A stretch of 63,355 bases of DNA, the filler included, from Octopus bimaculoides (lineage: Eukaryota): assembly GCF_001194135.2 (NCBI RefSeq). It is 5 parts of 5 records of this genome, joined end to end, with 100 filler letters (N's around TTAATTAATTAA, not from the genome) between each part and the next. Parts side by side here need not be neighbours in the genome. Positions count along the whole stretch, not along the records: positions 1 to 24,119 come from NC_068997.1; 4 more parts are not named here. One strand, given 5' to 3'. The first letter of the stretch is position 1. Each line of letters starts with the position of its first letter. The translations under genes and the position numbers were made by a program. Positions 1 to 11,906 of the stretch are shown piece after piece. The notes beneath the pieces are model-generated. The model made no database searches. It was given only the letters and a program-made list of their open reading frames with translations, and was not told the DNA's origin.

Positions 1-135
1 AGCGGCCAGTTGTTTAGATTAACCCCAGTATGCAACTAGTACTTAATTTATCAACCCCAAAAGGATGAAAGGCAAAGTTGATCTTGGCGGAATTTGAACT
101 CAGAACGTAAAGACAGCAGAAATACCACTAAGCAT
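1..135 (-). mobile_element. SINE type A fragment
   Basis: Reverse complement of the recurring ...gttctgagttcaaattcc...gactttgcctttcatcctt...ggggtcgataaattaagtacc core seen many times in this window. Confidence 0.75.
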
Positions 136-204
136 TATCATTAAAATATTAAGATCAATTTAATCAAAACTCTTTTCCACTCAGATTTGTGGCCATGTAC
201 CTAT

Positions 205-600
205 TTATCTTTTTTTTTTTTTGTCATTGGACTGTGGTCATGCTGGAGCACAACCTTGAAGCATTTTTTTTTCAAACAAATTGATCTTAGTACCTTATTT
301 CTTATAAGTCTGATACTCATTCTATCAGTCTCTTTTGCTGAACTAAGTTATGGGAATGCAGACAAAGCAACACCGGGTGTCAAGTGGTAGTGGTGCTGAC
401 AAAGTCACACACATAATTACATATTCATGCATATATGACAAGCTTCCACACAGCCTCCATCTACAAAATTCACAATTCACTCACAAGGTTTTAGTCAGTT
501 TGGGGCTAAAATAGATGACATTTACTCAAGGTGCTGCACATTGGAACTGAACCCAAAACTACAGGATTGCTAATTAAGTTTCTGAACCATACAGCCAAGT
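205..600 (-). mobile_element. SINE type B (CORE-like), diverged
   Basis: Matches the intact copy at 5218-5605 (tgctggagcac..., acaaggttttagtc...cttactcaaggtgc). Confidence 0.7.
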
Positions 601-725
601 TTGTGCCTGTTAAACTAATCACATCGGATTTAGTTTTGTATTTAGTAGCAACGGCCCAGTTAAAATGGTATTTTTCTAAAACAGTTTTAATTCTCTCTCT
701 CTCACACACACACCCTACTTAGCTA

Positions 726-866
726 CAGTCGTGGCCAAATGTTTGGAACATAACTAAAAATTAGAATTTTTATATTAAAAACCCAAAATTATATTTGAAT
801 CAAATTGTACCTGGGTATAACAATTTTAATTTTGAAAAAAATATTCCAAACTTTTGGCCATGACTA
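726..866. mobile_element. Tc1-type MITE
   Basis: TIRs cagtcgtggccaaatgtttggaa / ttccaaacttttggccatgacta; TA at 724-725; cagtcgtggccaaa is a Tc1-style end. Confidence 0.75.
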
Positions 867-940
867 TGTCTCTAAATATAAAGGGAATCTTATTAGATGA
901 ATTCAGAAAAAGACTTAATCAGCACCTTTAATCCTCACCT

Positions 941-1135
941 TTAATCCTTTAGCATTTAAACTGGTTGTATCTGGTCTAAATATTGTACCTGTTTTATGTT
1001 TAAACTGACGATATCTGGCCTCTCACGCCTACCCAACAACGTCATTCTAGAAATAAACAATCATCAAAATCTTGAAGTGATAAAATATTGCAGGATTAAT
1101 CCAAAACGGGGTGAAATAAATTAAGCATTAGTCTT
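941..1135 (+). mobile_element. TTAA-type (piggyBac-like) MITE, partial
   Basis: ttaatcctttagcatttaaac end; body matches the reverse complement of 32192-32390; right end cut by a SINE B fragment. Confidence 0.5.
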
Positions 1136-2217
1136 TTATTTATTCTTTTACTTGTTTCAGTCATTTGACTGCGGCCATGCTGGAGCACCACCTTTAGTCA
1201 AAGAAATCGACCCCATGACTGAACGGGCATTAAGATTATGATGATGTAGTTGCAGCAGAGGGTAACCTAAACAACAAAGAAGAATAAACTCTTCTTTATG
1301 CAATGAGTATATATATATATATATATATATATATATNNNNNNNNNNNNNNNNNNNNNNNNNNNNNNNNNNNNNNNNNNNNNNNNNNNNNNNNNNNNNNNN
1401 NNNNNNNNNNNNNNNNNNNNNNNNNNNNNNNNNNNNNNNNNNNNNNNNNNNNNNNNNNNNNNNNNNNNNNNNNNNNNNNNNNNNNNNNNNNNNNNNNNNN
1501 NNNNNNNNNNNNNNNNNNNNNNNNNNNNNNNNNNNNNNNNNNNNNNNNNNNNNNNNNNNNNNNNNNNNNNNNNNNNNNNNNNNNNNNNNNNNNNNNNNNN
1601 NNNNNNNNNNNNNNNNNNNNNNNNNNNNNNNNNNNNNNNNNNNNNNNNNNNNNNNNNNNNNNNNNNNNNNNNNNNNNNNNNNNNNNNNNNNNNNNNNNNN
1701 NNNNNNNNNNNNNNNNNNNNNNNNNNNNNNNNNNNNNNNNNNNNNNNNNNNNNNNNNNNNNNNNNNNNNNNNNNNNNNNNNNNNNNNNNNNNNNNNNNNN
1801 NNNNNNNNNNNNNNNNNNNNNNNNNNNNNNNNNNNNNNNNNNNNNNNNNNNNNNNNNNNNNNNNNNNNNNNNNNNNNNNNNNNNNNNNNNNNNNNNNNNN
1901 NNNNNNNNNNNNNNNNNNNNNNNNNNNNNNNNNNNNNNNNNNNNNNNNNNNNNNNNNNNNNNNNNNNNNNNNNNNNNNNNNNNNNNNNNNNNNNNNNNNN
2001 NNNNNNNNNNNNNNNNNNNNNNNNNNNNNNNNNNNNNNNNNNNNNNNNNNNNNNNNNNNNNNNNNNNNNNNNNNNNNNNNNNNNNNNNNNNNNNNNNNNN
2101 NNNNNNNNNNNNNNNNNNNNNNNNNNNNNNNNNNNNNNNNNNNNNNNNNNNNNNNNNNNNNNNNNNNNNNNNNNNNNNNNNNNNNNNNNNNNNNGGGGGG
2201 AGTAGGCACTAATATAT

Positions 2218-2311
2218 GGCGGAGGTAAAGAATACGCACACCACACGTTTTCGGCGTAGCCCTGAGCCTAAGCGCCGAAAACGGGTGGTGTGCGTATTGT
2301 TTATCTTCGCC
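2218..2311. repeat. Fold-back hairpin
   Basis: Arms 2231-2256 and 2273-2298 pair at 25/26; outer ggcggaggtaaag / gtttatcttcgcc extends the stem with G-U pairs. Confidence 0.85.
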
Positions 2312-4379
2312 CTAATGTGTTGTACTATTCTAGTGGTTTCTAATTTCCGCACAAGGCCAGCAATTTCGGGAAGAAGGGGGTTAGTCGATACTTTATTTTA
2401 TTGACCCCACCAGAAGAATTAGAGGCATTGTTGACTTTGATGGGATTCAAACTTAGAATGTAAAATGTTAAAATAAATACGACAAAGTATTATTGTTAGT
2501 CCTTTCTTATCAACAGCCATTTCTTTCTATTTACTGAAGGATGAGTAAATAAACTATTACACTTGTTGGATGGGTGTAATAGTTGATCGGCAGACATTCG
2601 GAATGGCTCTTACTACCTCATGAAGATGACGGGGGAGGGGGAACAAAGACAGACGCACAAACACATACATACATACATATACACACACACACATGATGGG
2701 CTTCTTTCAGTTTCCATCTACCAAATTCATTCACAAGGCATTGGTCGGCCCGAGGCTATAGTAGAAAATACTTGCCCAAGGTGCCACGAACCAAGCAACT
2801 TACCACATAGCCACTGCTGCGCCTACATAAATTTACATTTCTGAAACCATTCACTTTTGATGATGGAGGACTTTGTGCCTGAAATATATAAAGGATTTTT
2901 AAAGTTCCCCTTCTCACATTATTAGGGGCTCTCCGTGTTCATTATTTGTTAGTTTACTTGTGACTAAACATGCACCTAAACACCAGTTAACAACACTGAA
3001 GTGCCCTGACACATTCTCATGATATAATGCATGATCGGTCAAGCTCTGGAGACTAAAACTCATGGGATGTGTTCAACATAACACTAAATGGCCAACTTTT
3101 GTGTGTGTGTGTATGTGTGTGCATGTACACATACATACTGCAAAGCTACACATTTTCAAACTACTGTGACCTTGGCATCAGATGCCCCATGGTACAGGAG
3201 ATGAGATTCCAAAGGCAGTCACGTGTTTTCAAGCTTCATGGAGATGCCATTGCTCATGTGCTGCACGATCTATCTCAGATGCCCTCCCCCCATACACACA
3301 CACACACTTATATGCATGCGTACACATTTAACTAGAGGTGTACAAAGCAGCATTTAATGAAATATATGTGTGTACAATTATATTTAACATATTCACGTAT
3401 ACTCAAATGTGGGAAGACCTTTCACTGTGCTTATAGTCTCAGGAGAAAATTCTCCACCTGGACATTGGTTGCAGAAAAGCATTATGGTCAGCAATGGAAA
3501 ACTAGAGGAAAGGAATAGTGAAGAACCATACTGCGCAGTAGTTCTCTCCCCGTTCCATAATAGCTTGGTGACAAGCATACATTGCTCAAAGAGAAGCAGG
3601 AGGTTTGTAAGTGTTCTGCATGAAGTGTTCTACATTGTGAAGCTGTATGTCAGAGCAAATTAAGATGACGTTGGAGGAGAGTATGTTTGATATGATAATG
3701 GTACATTTACTCTGATCCCAAGCCTCGAGAAAGAGGTTTGGAGTGTGGATAATGAGTGGAAGGAGAAAGAACTACCCAATGAGTATACTCAACTGAAGGG
3801 CCAGCTATTGAAGTAGACAGGTATATGGTCAAAATGGTAATTAACACAAAGTGTGATGGGCCACGATTGTGGCTGTCAGGCACAGGTCAACAGCCCATGA
3901 TTGTGGCCCAGATAGATGCATTTAATTTATGGGCGTTTGTTGGGGTCTAATGTCACTCAAATGCTCCGATACCCAACAGAATGCAAGAGGACTAAAAGTT
4001 CAACTAATGACTTTTCAGATGATGTAAAACTTGCCACCATTATATACTAAGAAGATGTTTTTAACTATTTTGTTTTTTGTGTGCATGGTAGTCTCATTTT
4101 CATAAAATGTACTCAGCAGTCCATGCTATGTAAGTCCAAATCCCAGCACTTTATGGGTTAAAGATATGAAGACGTGGAAAGCAGCAGATCCATCAGGTAT
4201 ATGTGCTGAGGTGCTGAATATATCTAATGAAGTCAGGCTCAAGCTAGTAACTCACGTAATCAACCAAGTAATACAAGGTGGTGTCACACTTAATAATTAG
4301 TGTAGCTGATGGCGTTTCCAATTGCTACAAGGGACAAAAGCAACTACAGAGGTATAAAATTTATAAAATATTAGGAAGG

Positions 4380-4453
4380 GAATTCGGCGGAGGTAACGAT
4401 CATGGACCTTTGGGATTTTTTCGGTATTTTTTTGTTTTGATATAGTGTGTTCC

Positions 4454-4493
<40 letters not shown>

Positions 4494-4534
4494 AAGTGGG
4501 TGTGGTCCATGATCTTTACCTCTGCTAGGAATTC
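4380..4534. repeat. Fold-back element around an A-tract
   Basis: gaattcggcggaggtaacgatcatggacctttgggattttt vs aaaaatcccaaa(gtgggtgt)ggtccatgatctttacctctgctaggaattc. Confidence 0.7.
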
Positions 4535-4914
4535 ACTCTAATGAAATGCAGTTCAGATTTATCCCAGGTCAGAATACTATTCGTGTTGTTTTTCATAGAG
4601 AGGTAACTGTAAAAGTGATTTTTAGCTAAGAGTAATCCTTTCCATCTAATATTTGTTGACCTGGCAAAGGCTGTTGACAGGGTGCTACAGTCTTAGTTTG
4701 GGGCTCATTAAGAAATCTAAGTATAGGTGAATGGCATGTGAAAGCAATACAAGTGATGTACAGAGATGTATTTGGTAAAGTGAGAGCTGACAATGGATTC
4801 ATTGAGGAATTTAGCACGGAAGCAGGAGTTAAGTACCAGTTGCATACTGGGGTTGATCTAATCTACTGGCCCCCGCTCCCCCAAAATTTTGGGCCTTGTG
4901 CCTAGAGTAGAGAA

Positions 4915-4950
<36 letters not shown>

Positions 4951-4964
4951 CTCCTGACATACAC

Positions 4965-5150
4965 AATTTGGCAGAATTGTTAGGATGCCAAGGGAAGCGC
5001 TTAGCAGTATTTCATCTGCCATCACATTCTGGGTTCAAAGTCTGCCAGGCTCGACTTTGCCTTTCATCCTTTTGGGGTCGATTAAAACAAGTAATCGACT
5101 TAATTAATCCCTTTCCCCTAAATTTGAGACCTTGTGCTTCCAGTAGAAAG
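4965..5150 (+). mobile_element. SINE type A
   Basis: ttggcagaattgttag head, gggttcaaa B-box-like motif, gactttgcctttcatcc core, (ATT)n tail. Confidence 0.8.
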
Positions 5151-5151
5151 G

Positions 5152-5199
<48 letters not shown>

Positions 5200-5217
5200 G
5201 TTATTATTATTATTATC

Positions 5218-5605
5218 ACAGGAGTGGCTGTGTAGTAAGTAGCTTGCTTACCAACCACATGGTCTCGGGTTCAGTCCCACTGCGTGGCAGGTTGGGCAAG
5301 TGTCTTCTACTATAGCCTCGGGCCGACCAAAGCCTTGTGAATGGATTTGGTAGACGGAAACTGAAAGAAGCCTGTTGTATATGTGTATGTGTGTGTATAT
5401 GTTTGTGTGTCTGTGTTTGTCCCCCCCAACATCGCTTGACAACCGATGCTGGTGTGTTTAGGTCCCCTTAACTTAGTGGTTCGGCAAAAAGAGACCGATA
5501 AAATAATTACTAGGCTTACAAAGAATAAGTCCTGGGGTCGATTTGCTGGACTAAAGGCAGTGCTCCAGCATGGCCGCAGACAAATGACTGAAACAAATAA
5601 AAGAG
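5218..5605 (+). mobile_element. SINE type B, near full length (tRNA head plus CORE-like ttgggcaagtgtctt)
   Basis: A-box-like tggctgtgtagtaag, B-box-like ggttcagtccc, internal (TG)n, 3' gactgaaacaaataaaagag; at least 10 related copies in the window. Confidence 0.85.
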
Positions 5606-6284
5606 TATTATTATTATTGTTTTGACTTCTCAGAGTGCTCAATCTTCTTTGCTCTATTATTATCACAATTATTATTATCCCTATCATTGTTATCCCTATT
5701 ATTATTCTCATTTCCCTATTTTCCCTCCCATCAGTCTTGGATGCCTTGTGAAAGGTCACAGGCACTGCCCTTCATCTACTGACTAAGCCATAAAAAAATA
5801 CAAATAGCAAAAAAGAAAAGCAAAACAAACAAACACACACACACACACAAAAGCAGAAAAGAAGCATTTATATATAAAGTACATAGAAAGGATCAATGGT
5901 AAGTCGTTACTAAGATATAAGCAAGATTTTACTGTTCATAGACTTATTGATTCTGTTATTGATTATCTTATAATGCTAAATATTGCTCTTGTTTAATAAG
6001 AGGTTAAGGAAAATAATAATGATTTCTCATATTGGTATATAATTACAAAATTGGAGCAGTGATGTATAGTTTGAATTGTCACCGTTGTATAACCGGTACG
6101 TAGTTTATTCCCCTACCACCATCTCGGCTCACTCCTGCCCCACCCTGGTCCACTTCCCAAATAGACTTAATGAAACCCAGTGGGGTTCTATCACAGGAGT
6201 CTATCTTTTTTCACTTTTACTTGTTTCACTCACCGGACAGTGTCCTTTCTAGGTCACTGTCTTGAAGGGTTTCATCATCGTCAT

Positions 6285-6665
6285 CATCGTTTAACGTCCG
6301 CTTTCCATGCTAGCATGGGTTGGACGATTTGACTGAGGACTGGTGAAACCAGATGGCTACACCAGGCTCCAATCTGATTTGGCAGTTTCGACAGCTGGAT
6401 GCCCTTCCTAACGCCAACCACTCCGAGAGTGTAGTGGGTGCTTTTTAAATGCCACCGGCACGAAGGCCGGTCAGGAGGTACTAGCAACGACCACGCTTGA
6501 AATGGTGTATTTTATGTGCCACCTGCACAGGAGCCAGTCCAGTGGTACTGGCAACGAACTTGCTCGAATGTCTTTTCACGTGCCACTGGCACAAGTGCCA
6601 GGAGGGCGACGTTGGTAACGATCATGCTCAAATGGTGCTAATTTACATGAGACCGGCATGAAAAC
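6285..6665 (-). mobile_element. RTE-LINE 3' end with internal ~65-bp tandem units
   Basis: Same 3' tail (atgctagcatggaaagcggacgttaaacgatgatg) as the RTE copy at 11906-12671; repeated gtgccaccggcac...gcaacga units. Confidence 0.75.
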
Positions 6666-6744
6666 CAATCAAACATATTGACATTTTTTTTGTGTGTGGT
6701 TTTCTTTTTTACTGTTTGTATTTTTTTTTTATGGCTTAGTCAGT

Positions 6745-6901
6745 AGATGAAGGGCAGTGCCTGTGACCTTTTACAAGGCTGGTACTAATTCTATCATTCT
6801 CTTTTGCAGAACCATTAAGTTATGGGGATGTAAACAAACCGACACTGGTTGTCAAGCTCTGGGGTGGGGAGGAGGACAGACACAAACATTTACATATATA
6901 T

Positions 6902-6943
<42 letters not shown>

Positions 6944-7330
6944 GGCTTCTCTCAGTTTCCATCTACCAAACCCACTCACAAGGCTTTGGTTGGCCTGAGG
7001 CTGTAGTAGAAGACACTTGCTCATAGTGCCATGCAGTGGGACTGAACCCAGAATCATGTAGTTGGGAAGCAAGCTTCTTACCACACAGCTCTATATATGT
7101 ACCTGTATATATATATATATATATATATATTCTTTTGCTTGTTTCAGTCAGTTGGCTGTGGCCATGCTGGGGCACTACCTTCAAGGGTTTTAGTCAAACA
7201 AATTGATCCCAGGACTTATTTTTTAAAACCTTGTACTTATTCTATCGGTCTCTTATGTCAAACCACTAAGTTACAGGGACATAAACACACCAATACTGGT
7301 TGTCAAGCAGTGTGTGTGTGTGTGGGGGGG
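6745..7330 (-). mobile_element. Two adjacent SINE type B pieces separated by (AT)n
   Basis: Reverse-complement match to 5218-5605. Confidence 0.75.
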
Positions 7331-7510
7331 GAGTACAAACACAGACACAAAGACACACACACACAGATATATACACACATACATAGAATTGAAAAAATGG
7401 AGTCAACAAGAAGGAGTACGGTTAGACAGCAATTTAATAAGCACTACAACTGTTTCAATACAACATAGAGATCCACATATACACAGGATTTAAATTAAGC
7501 AACGTTTTAC

Positions 7511-8760
7511 CTGTATAATGAGATCCAGTTATATCTCCTCAGGTGACATACAATTGCTGTCCCTGTTAGTAAACCTTTGACTTCGATGCTACCTAATCCA
7601 ACTGATGAATGCCTAAACCTAGACTTGGAATTAATGTAATACTGCCGGCAATTTGGTCATTCTAAGGGTGAGCATGCCCTATTTTGTATTCTACTACATA
7701 CCTAACAGAATACACTTTATATTTCATACACAAATAAATAAATAAATAAATACAAACATACATATATGTCAAATGGATGTGCTATAAAACTGTTCCGTAC
7801 ATGCAATATCAGTCATACCAACATCCAACATACCTCCATCATCAGCTGTCCCACGGATATCGCTATAGTTTCGACACCTGGGTAGTACAATTCAATCTGG
7901 CGGTGCCAACAACACTAAAATAAGTGTTGTTTGGGAACAAACATACGTTAGATATCACTACATTCATTCAATCTTAATACGAACATTATTAATTAAACCA
8001 CAGCAAAGAAACACATTTACCCTATGTACAAAAACAATATCGGTAAATAAATTCAATAAATAAACCTATAACTAACTCCTGAATTATCTAACTAAATAGC
8101 AACCTAGCCCTTGAGGCCCATACAGATAATATTCCTACCAGTCTTCCATAGTTATTAATATAAAAGTGAAAGCTTTTATATTTTATTCTTTCCAAAACAT
8201 AACAAACTTGATTGAACTTAACTTAACTAATAATATAACTAATTCTGAGTGATTTATACTATTTCATAATCCAAAAGTTAATAATTAAACCACTACATAC
8301 ATATTAAATATTCGTTATTCTTACATACTTTAAAGTTAAACTTATACCAGTAATTTAAAAGATAAAACTAAAATACCCTAATAAATAGGAACTTATAAGA
8401 GAATACCTGTAATTAACAATTATTATAAAAACCTTGTTGCAATTAAAGCTAAATATAAAACTGGTTTAAAAGATAATATAAAATACAAAATATTACTACT
8501 TACATGTCATCTGGTGCCAAAAAGTTCAATTAGATAAATTCTCCAAAGACTGTCTTAACTATTGATGACACAGTGCGCAATTCACTACTTTCTTAATTGT
8601 TTTTAATAATTTTGGTGACGTAGTATGCAATTAGAGTGACTCGTAAACGGTCCAGACGTTTACAAATATTTAGTAAGCGAAAGACCAGATATAACACCAA
8701 ATTTATTTAAAATTTCCAGTCTCCCACCTAAACAGCGATTAAACGTTTTAACTAATCTAC
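7511..8760 (-). other. Exon-like triplet without an open frame (possible lncRNA or decayed gene)
   Basis: Donor GTAAGT at 8503; exon 7914-7834 (cttattttag / GAG|gtatgt); exon 7701-7511 (ttctgttag / CAG|gtaaaa); intervening DNA very AT-rich; spliced frames contain stops. Confidence 0.3.
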
Positions 8761-8819
8761 CATATCTATACTCTTGTTTTATTAAATATCTTATTTTATT
8801 TATTCTTCCATATATATAT

Positions 8820-9164
8820 ATATGTCACTGCGTGACACCTTGGGCAAGTGTCTTCTACTATAGCTTCGGGCCGACCAAAGCCTTGTGAGTGGATTTGGTA
8901 GGCGGAAACTGAAAGAAGCCCGTCGTATATAAGTATATATATATGTGTGTGTGTGTTTGTGTGTCTGTGTTTGTCCCCCCACCATCGCTTGACAACCGAT
9001 GCTGGTGTGTTTACGTCCCCGTAACTTAACAGTTCGGCAAAAAGAGACTGATGGAATAAGTACTAGGCTTACAAAGAATAAGTTCTGGGGTCGATTTGCT
9101 CGACTAAAGGCGGTGCTCCAGCATGGCTGCAGTCAAATGACTGAAACGAGTAAAAGAGTATATA
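8820..9164 (+). mobile_element. SINE type B, 5'-truncated
   Basis: accttgggcaagtgtcttctactatagc...gactgaaacgagtaaaagag. Confidence 0.85.
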
Positions 9165-9989
9165 NNNNNNNNNNNNNNNNNNNNNNNNNNNNNNNNNNNN
9201 NNNNNNNNNNNNNNNNNNNNNNNNNNNNNNNNNNNNNNNNNNNNNNNNNNNNNNNNNNNNNNNNNNNNNNNNNNNNNNNNNNNNNNNNNNNNNNNNNNNN
9301 NNNNNNNNNNNNNNNNNNNNNNNNNNNNNNNNNNNNNNNNNNNNNNNNNNNNNNNNNNNNNNNNNNNNNNNNNNNNNNNNNNNNNNNNNNNNNNNNNNNN
9401 NNNNNNNNNNNNNNNNNNNNNNNNNNNNNNNNNNNNNNNNNNNNNNNNNNNNNNNNNNNNNNNNNNNNNNNNNNNNNNNNNNNNNNNNNNNNNNNNNNNN
9501 NNNNNNNNNNNNNNNNNNNNNNNNNNNNNNNNNNNNNNNNNNNNNNNNNNNNNNNNNNNNNNNNNNNNNNNNNNNNNNNNNNNNNNNNNNNNNNNNNNNN
9601 NNNNNNNNNNNNNNNNNNNNNNNNNNNNNNNNNNNNNNNNNNNNNNNNNNNNNNNNNNNNNNNNNNNNNNNNNNNNNNNNNNNNNNNNNNNNNNNNNNNN
9701 NNNNNNNNNNNNNNNNNNNNNNNNNNNNNNNNNNNNNNNNNNNNNNNNNNNNNNNNNNNNNNNNNNNNNNNNNNNNNNNNNNNNNNNNNNNNNNNNNNNN
9801 NNNNNNNNNNNNNNNNNNNNNNNNNNNNNNNNNNNNNNNNNNNNNNNNNNNNNNNNNNNNNNNNNNNNNNNNNNNNNNNNNNNNNNNNNNNNNNNNNNNN
9901 NNNNNNNNNNNNNNNNNNNNNNNNNNNNNNNNNNNNNNNNNNNNNNNNNNNNNNNNNNNNNNNNNNNNNNNNNNNNNNNNNNNNNNNNN

Positions 9990-10160
9990 CTGCCGTTACG
10001 TTCTGAGTTCAAATTCCGCCGAGGTCGACTTTGCCTTTCATCCTTTCGGGATCGATAAATTAAGTACCAGTTACGCACTGGAGTCGATGTAATCGACTTA
10101 ATCTCTTTGTTTGTCCCCTCTATGTTTAGCCCCTTGTGGGCAATAAAGAAATAAGAAACC
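9990..10160 (+). mobile_element. SINE type A, young (CpG-rich)
   Basis: gttctgagttcaaattccgccgaggtcgactttgcctttcatcctttcggg. Confidence 0.85.
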
Positions 10161-10272
10161 CATTGTATATGTATATAAAATATATATATTATAATTAAAC
10201 CTTGGGAAAGGCATTATGCCGGTAATAAACACACGCACTGGTTCAGTCCTTTATTAATTTATATAGTTTTTT

Positions 10273-10313
10273 GTTAAATTATTTCATTGCACTCTTGCGA
10301 TCTCTTCAGTAAC
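10273..10313 (-). ncRNA. Decayed type I hammerhead ribozyme motif (Penelope-like pLTR remnant)
   Basis: Minus strand GTTA-CTGAAGA-GATCGCA(AGAG)TGCAAT-GAAA-TAATT-TAAC; stem I GTTA/TAAC; stem II has one mismatch and lacks the closing C. Confidence 0.5.
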
Positions 10314-10384
10314 TTGTCTCTCCACTTCCATTTATTTTGAATGTATGATCTGGCGTTGTTTATATTATATTATATTATTATTTG

Positions 10385-11335
10385 TATATGCTTTTTAAGT
10401 AAAAATAAGTTCATAAATATTCAACGTTCTTCGTTATCATAATCATGAAAAACGACTTCCAATAATCAAATTTTTTCCACATATTTTGTAAGAGTGCCAT
10501 TAACCTCTTCCACACTCACTTTGCTCTTCTTTTAAAGGCAGTATCTGGTTCAAGCTTTCATTTTCTAGCTGAAAGAAGAGTAGTTTTAATTTCATTTTGA
10601 ATGCATCAATAACATTTAATAAGAACAATTTATTCTTGCCCTGCAGTTTCAGATTTTAGATTTATGAGATAACTGGTTATATCAACTAAAAATATTAAAT
10701 CAAATAGCCAGTTGTTATTACATCAAAAGGTTCTTTCTCCAGGCAGTTCATTTTTTTCCCCTCTCTTCTGGAAAATTATGAACACTGTTTTCCAGTACCA
10801 AATCTAAGAATTTGTTCTTTTGAACGCTAATGCACTAAACAATAGAGGTCAAGATTGTAATATTTCAAATCTAACATTTTGTATCATTCTCTGCATTCCA
10901 TCCTCATTAATGCTCTGATTAATTTCAGCTATGTATTTCACAACTGTTGATATAGCATACTTTTCTAAAGTTTCCCAAAACAACAATCCTTGGTACATAA
11001 GTCACAATGGCTTTAATGTTTAATGATTATCAGCAGAGTTTCTTCAGAACAAATTTATGAGTTTACTGAAATTTATTGTTCATTTGAGAGCATATGAAAA
11101 ACCTCTTCATGTTTGGAAAAACAGTCTTATATCACTTTTCTCTGTTCTTTGATGAAATCAAACAAAATGGCAAAGTCTTTTGGGATAATTTTCCACTTTT
11201 TTGTTTTCCCAGGCTCCACCTCATATTCAGTGCTTCTCTCTGTATCACAGCTATAACAAAGCTATTGCTGTTGCTTTCTTTGTCAAAATTTTGTGTTATA
11301 TCCACTTTTTACATGTTGGGTTTCATGGATACGAT
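10385..11335 (-). mobile_element. hAT (Charlie/SPIN/Buster-type) transposase remnant
   Basis: Manual translation with frameshifts gives NNWLFDLIFLVDITSYL.NL/LKLQGKNKLF...IDAFKMKLKL, matching the WL.DLAFLVDIT.HLN.LN..LQGK block of this group. Confidence 0.75.
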
Positions 11336-11339
11336 AACA

Positions 11340-11648
11340 AGCAAGTGAGACCATTGGTGCTTGAGAAGACTTCTCAAGCCAAGTGAAATGGTAGTTGTGG
11401 TCATTGCCAGTGTCTTGTAAACGACATCTGTGAAATCGTGACTGTGGCTATTGCTGGTGTCATATAAATGGCACCCATGTTGGTGGCACATAAAATGCAT
11501 CCATCACACTCTTGGAATGGTTGGTATTAGGGAGGGCATCCAGCTGTAGAAACCATTGCCAAATCAGACTGGAATCTTGTGCAGCTCTCTGGCTTACCAG
11601 TTCCAGTCAAGCCATCTAACCTATGCTAGCATGGAAAGCAGACATTGA

Positions 11649-11704
<56 letters not shown>
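11340..11704 (+). mobile_element. RTE-LINE 3' end with (GAT)n tail
   Basis: agggcatccagctgtagaaac...atgctagcatggaaagcagac followed by (GAT)n. Confidence 0.75.
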
Positions 11705-11859
11705 AAATTCCAGTTTAAAAATTATAATTTTTTTTTTAATATGTTTTCTTCAAAGTGTTTGTAACCACGTCTGATTATTATTTTTTTTCTTTCTTTTTTA
11801 TGTGTACATCCTAAGCATTTCGCCCTGTGTGCTAACGTTTCTGCCAGCTCACCACCTTC

Positions 11860-11905
<46 letters not shown>

Positions 11906-11906
<1 letters not shown>

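Noticed and set aside
1157-2246. Long ORFs spanning N-runs (also 8999-10078, 27310-28393, 38177-38925, 41169-41697, 49066-49966, 56173-56630)
   Set aside because: Open only because N codons contain no stops.
3400-3520. CGKTFHCAYSLRR resembling a C2H2 finger
   Set aside because: The first Cys pair and both His residues are missing; stops follow shortly.
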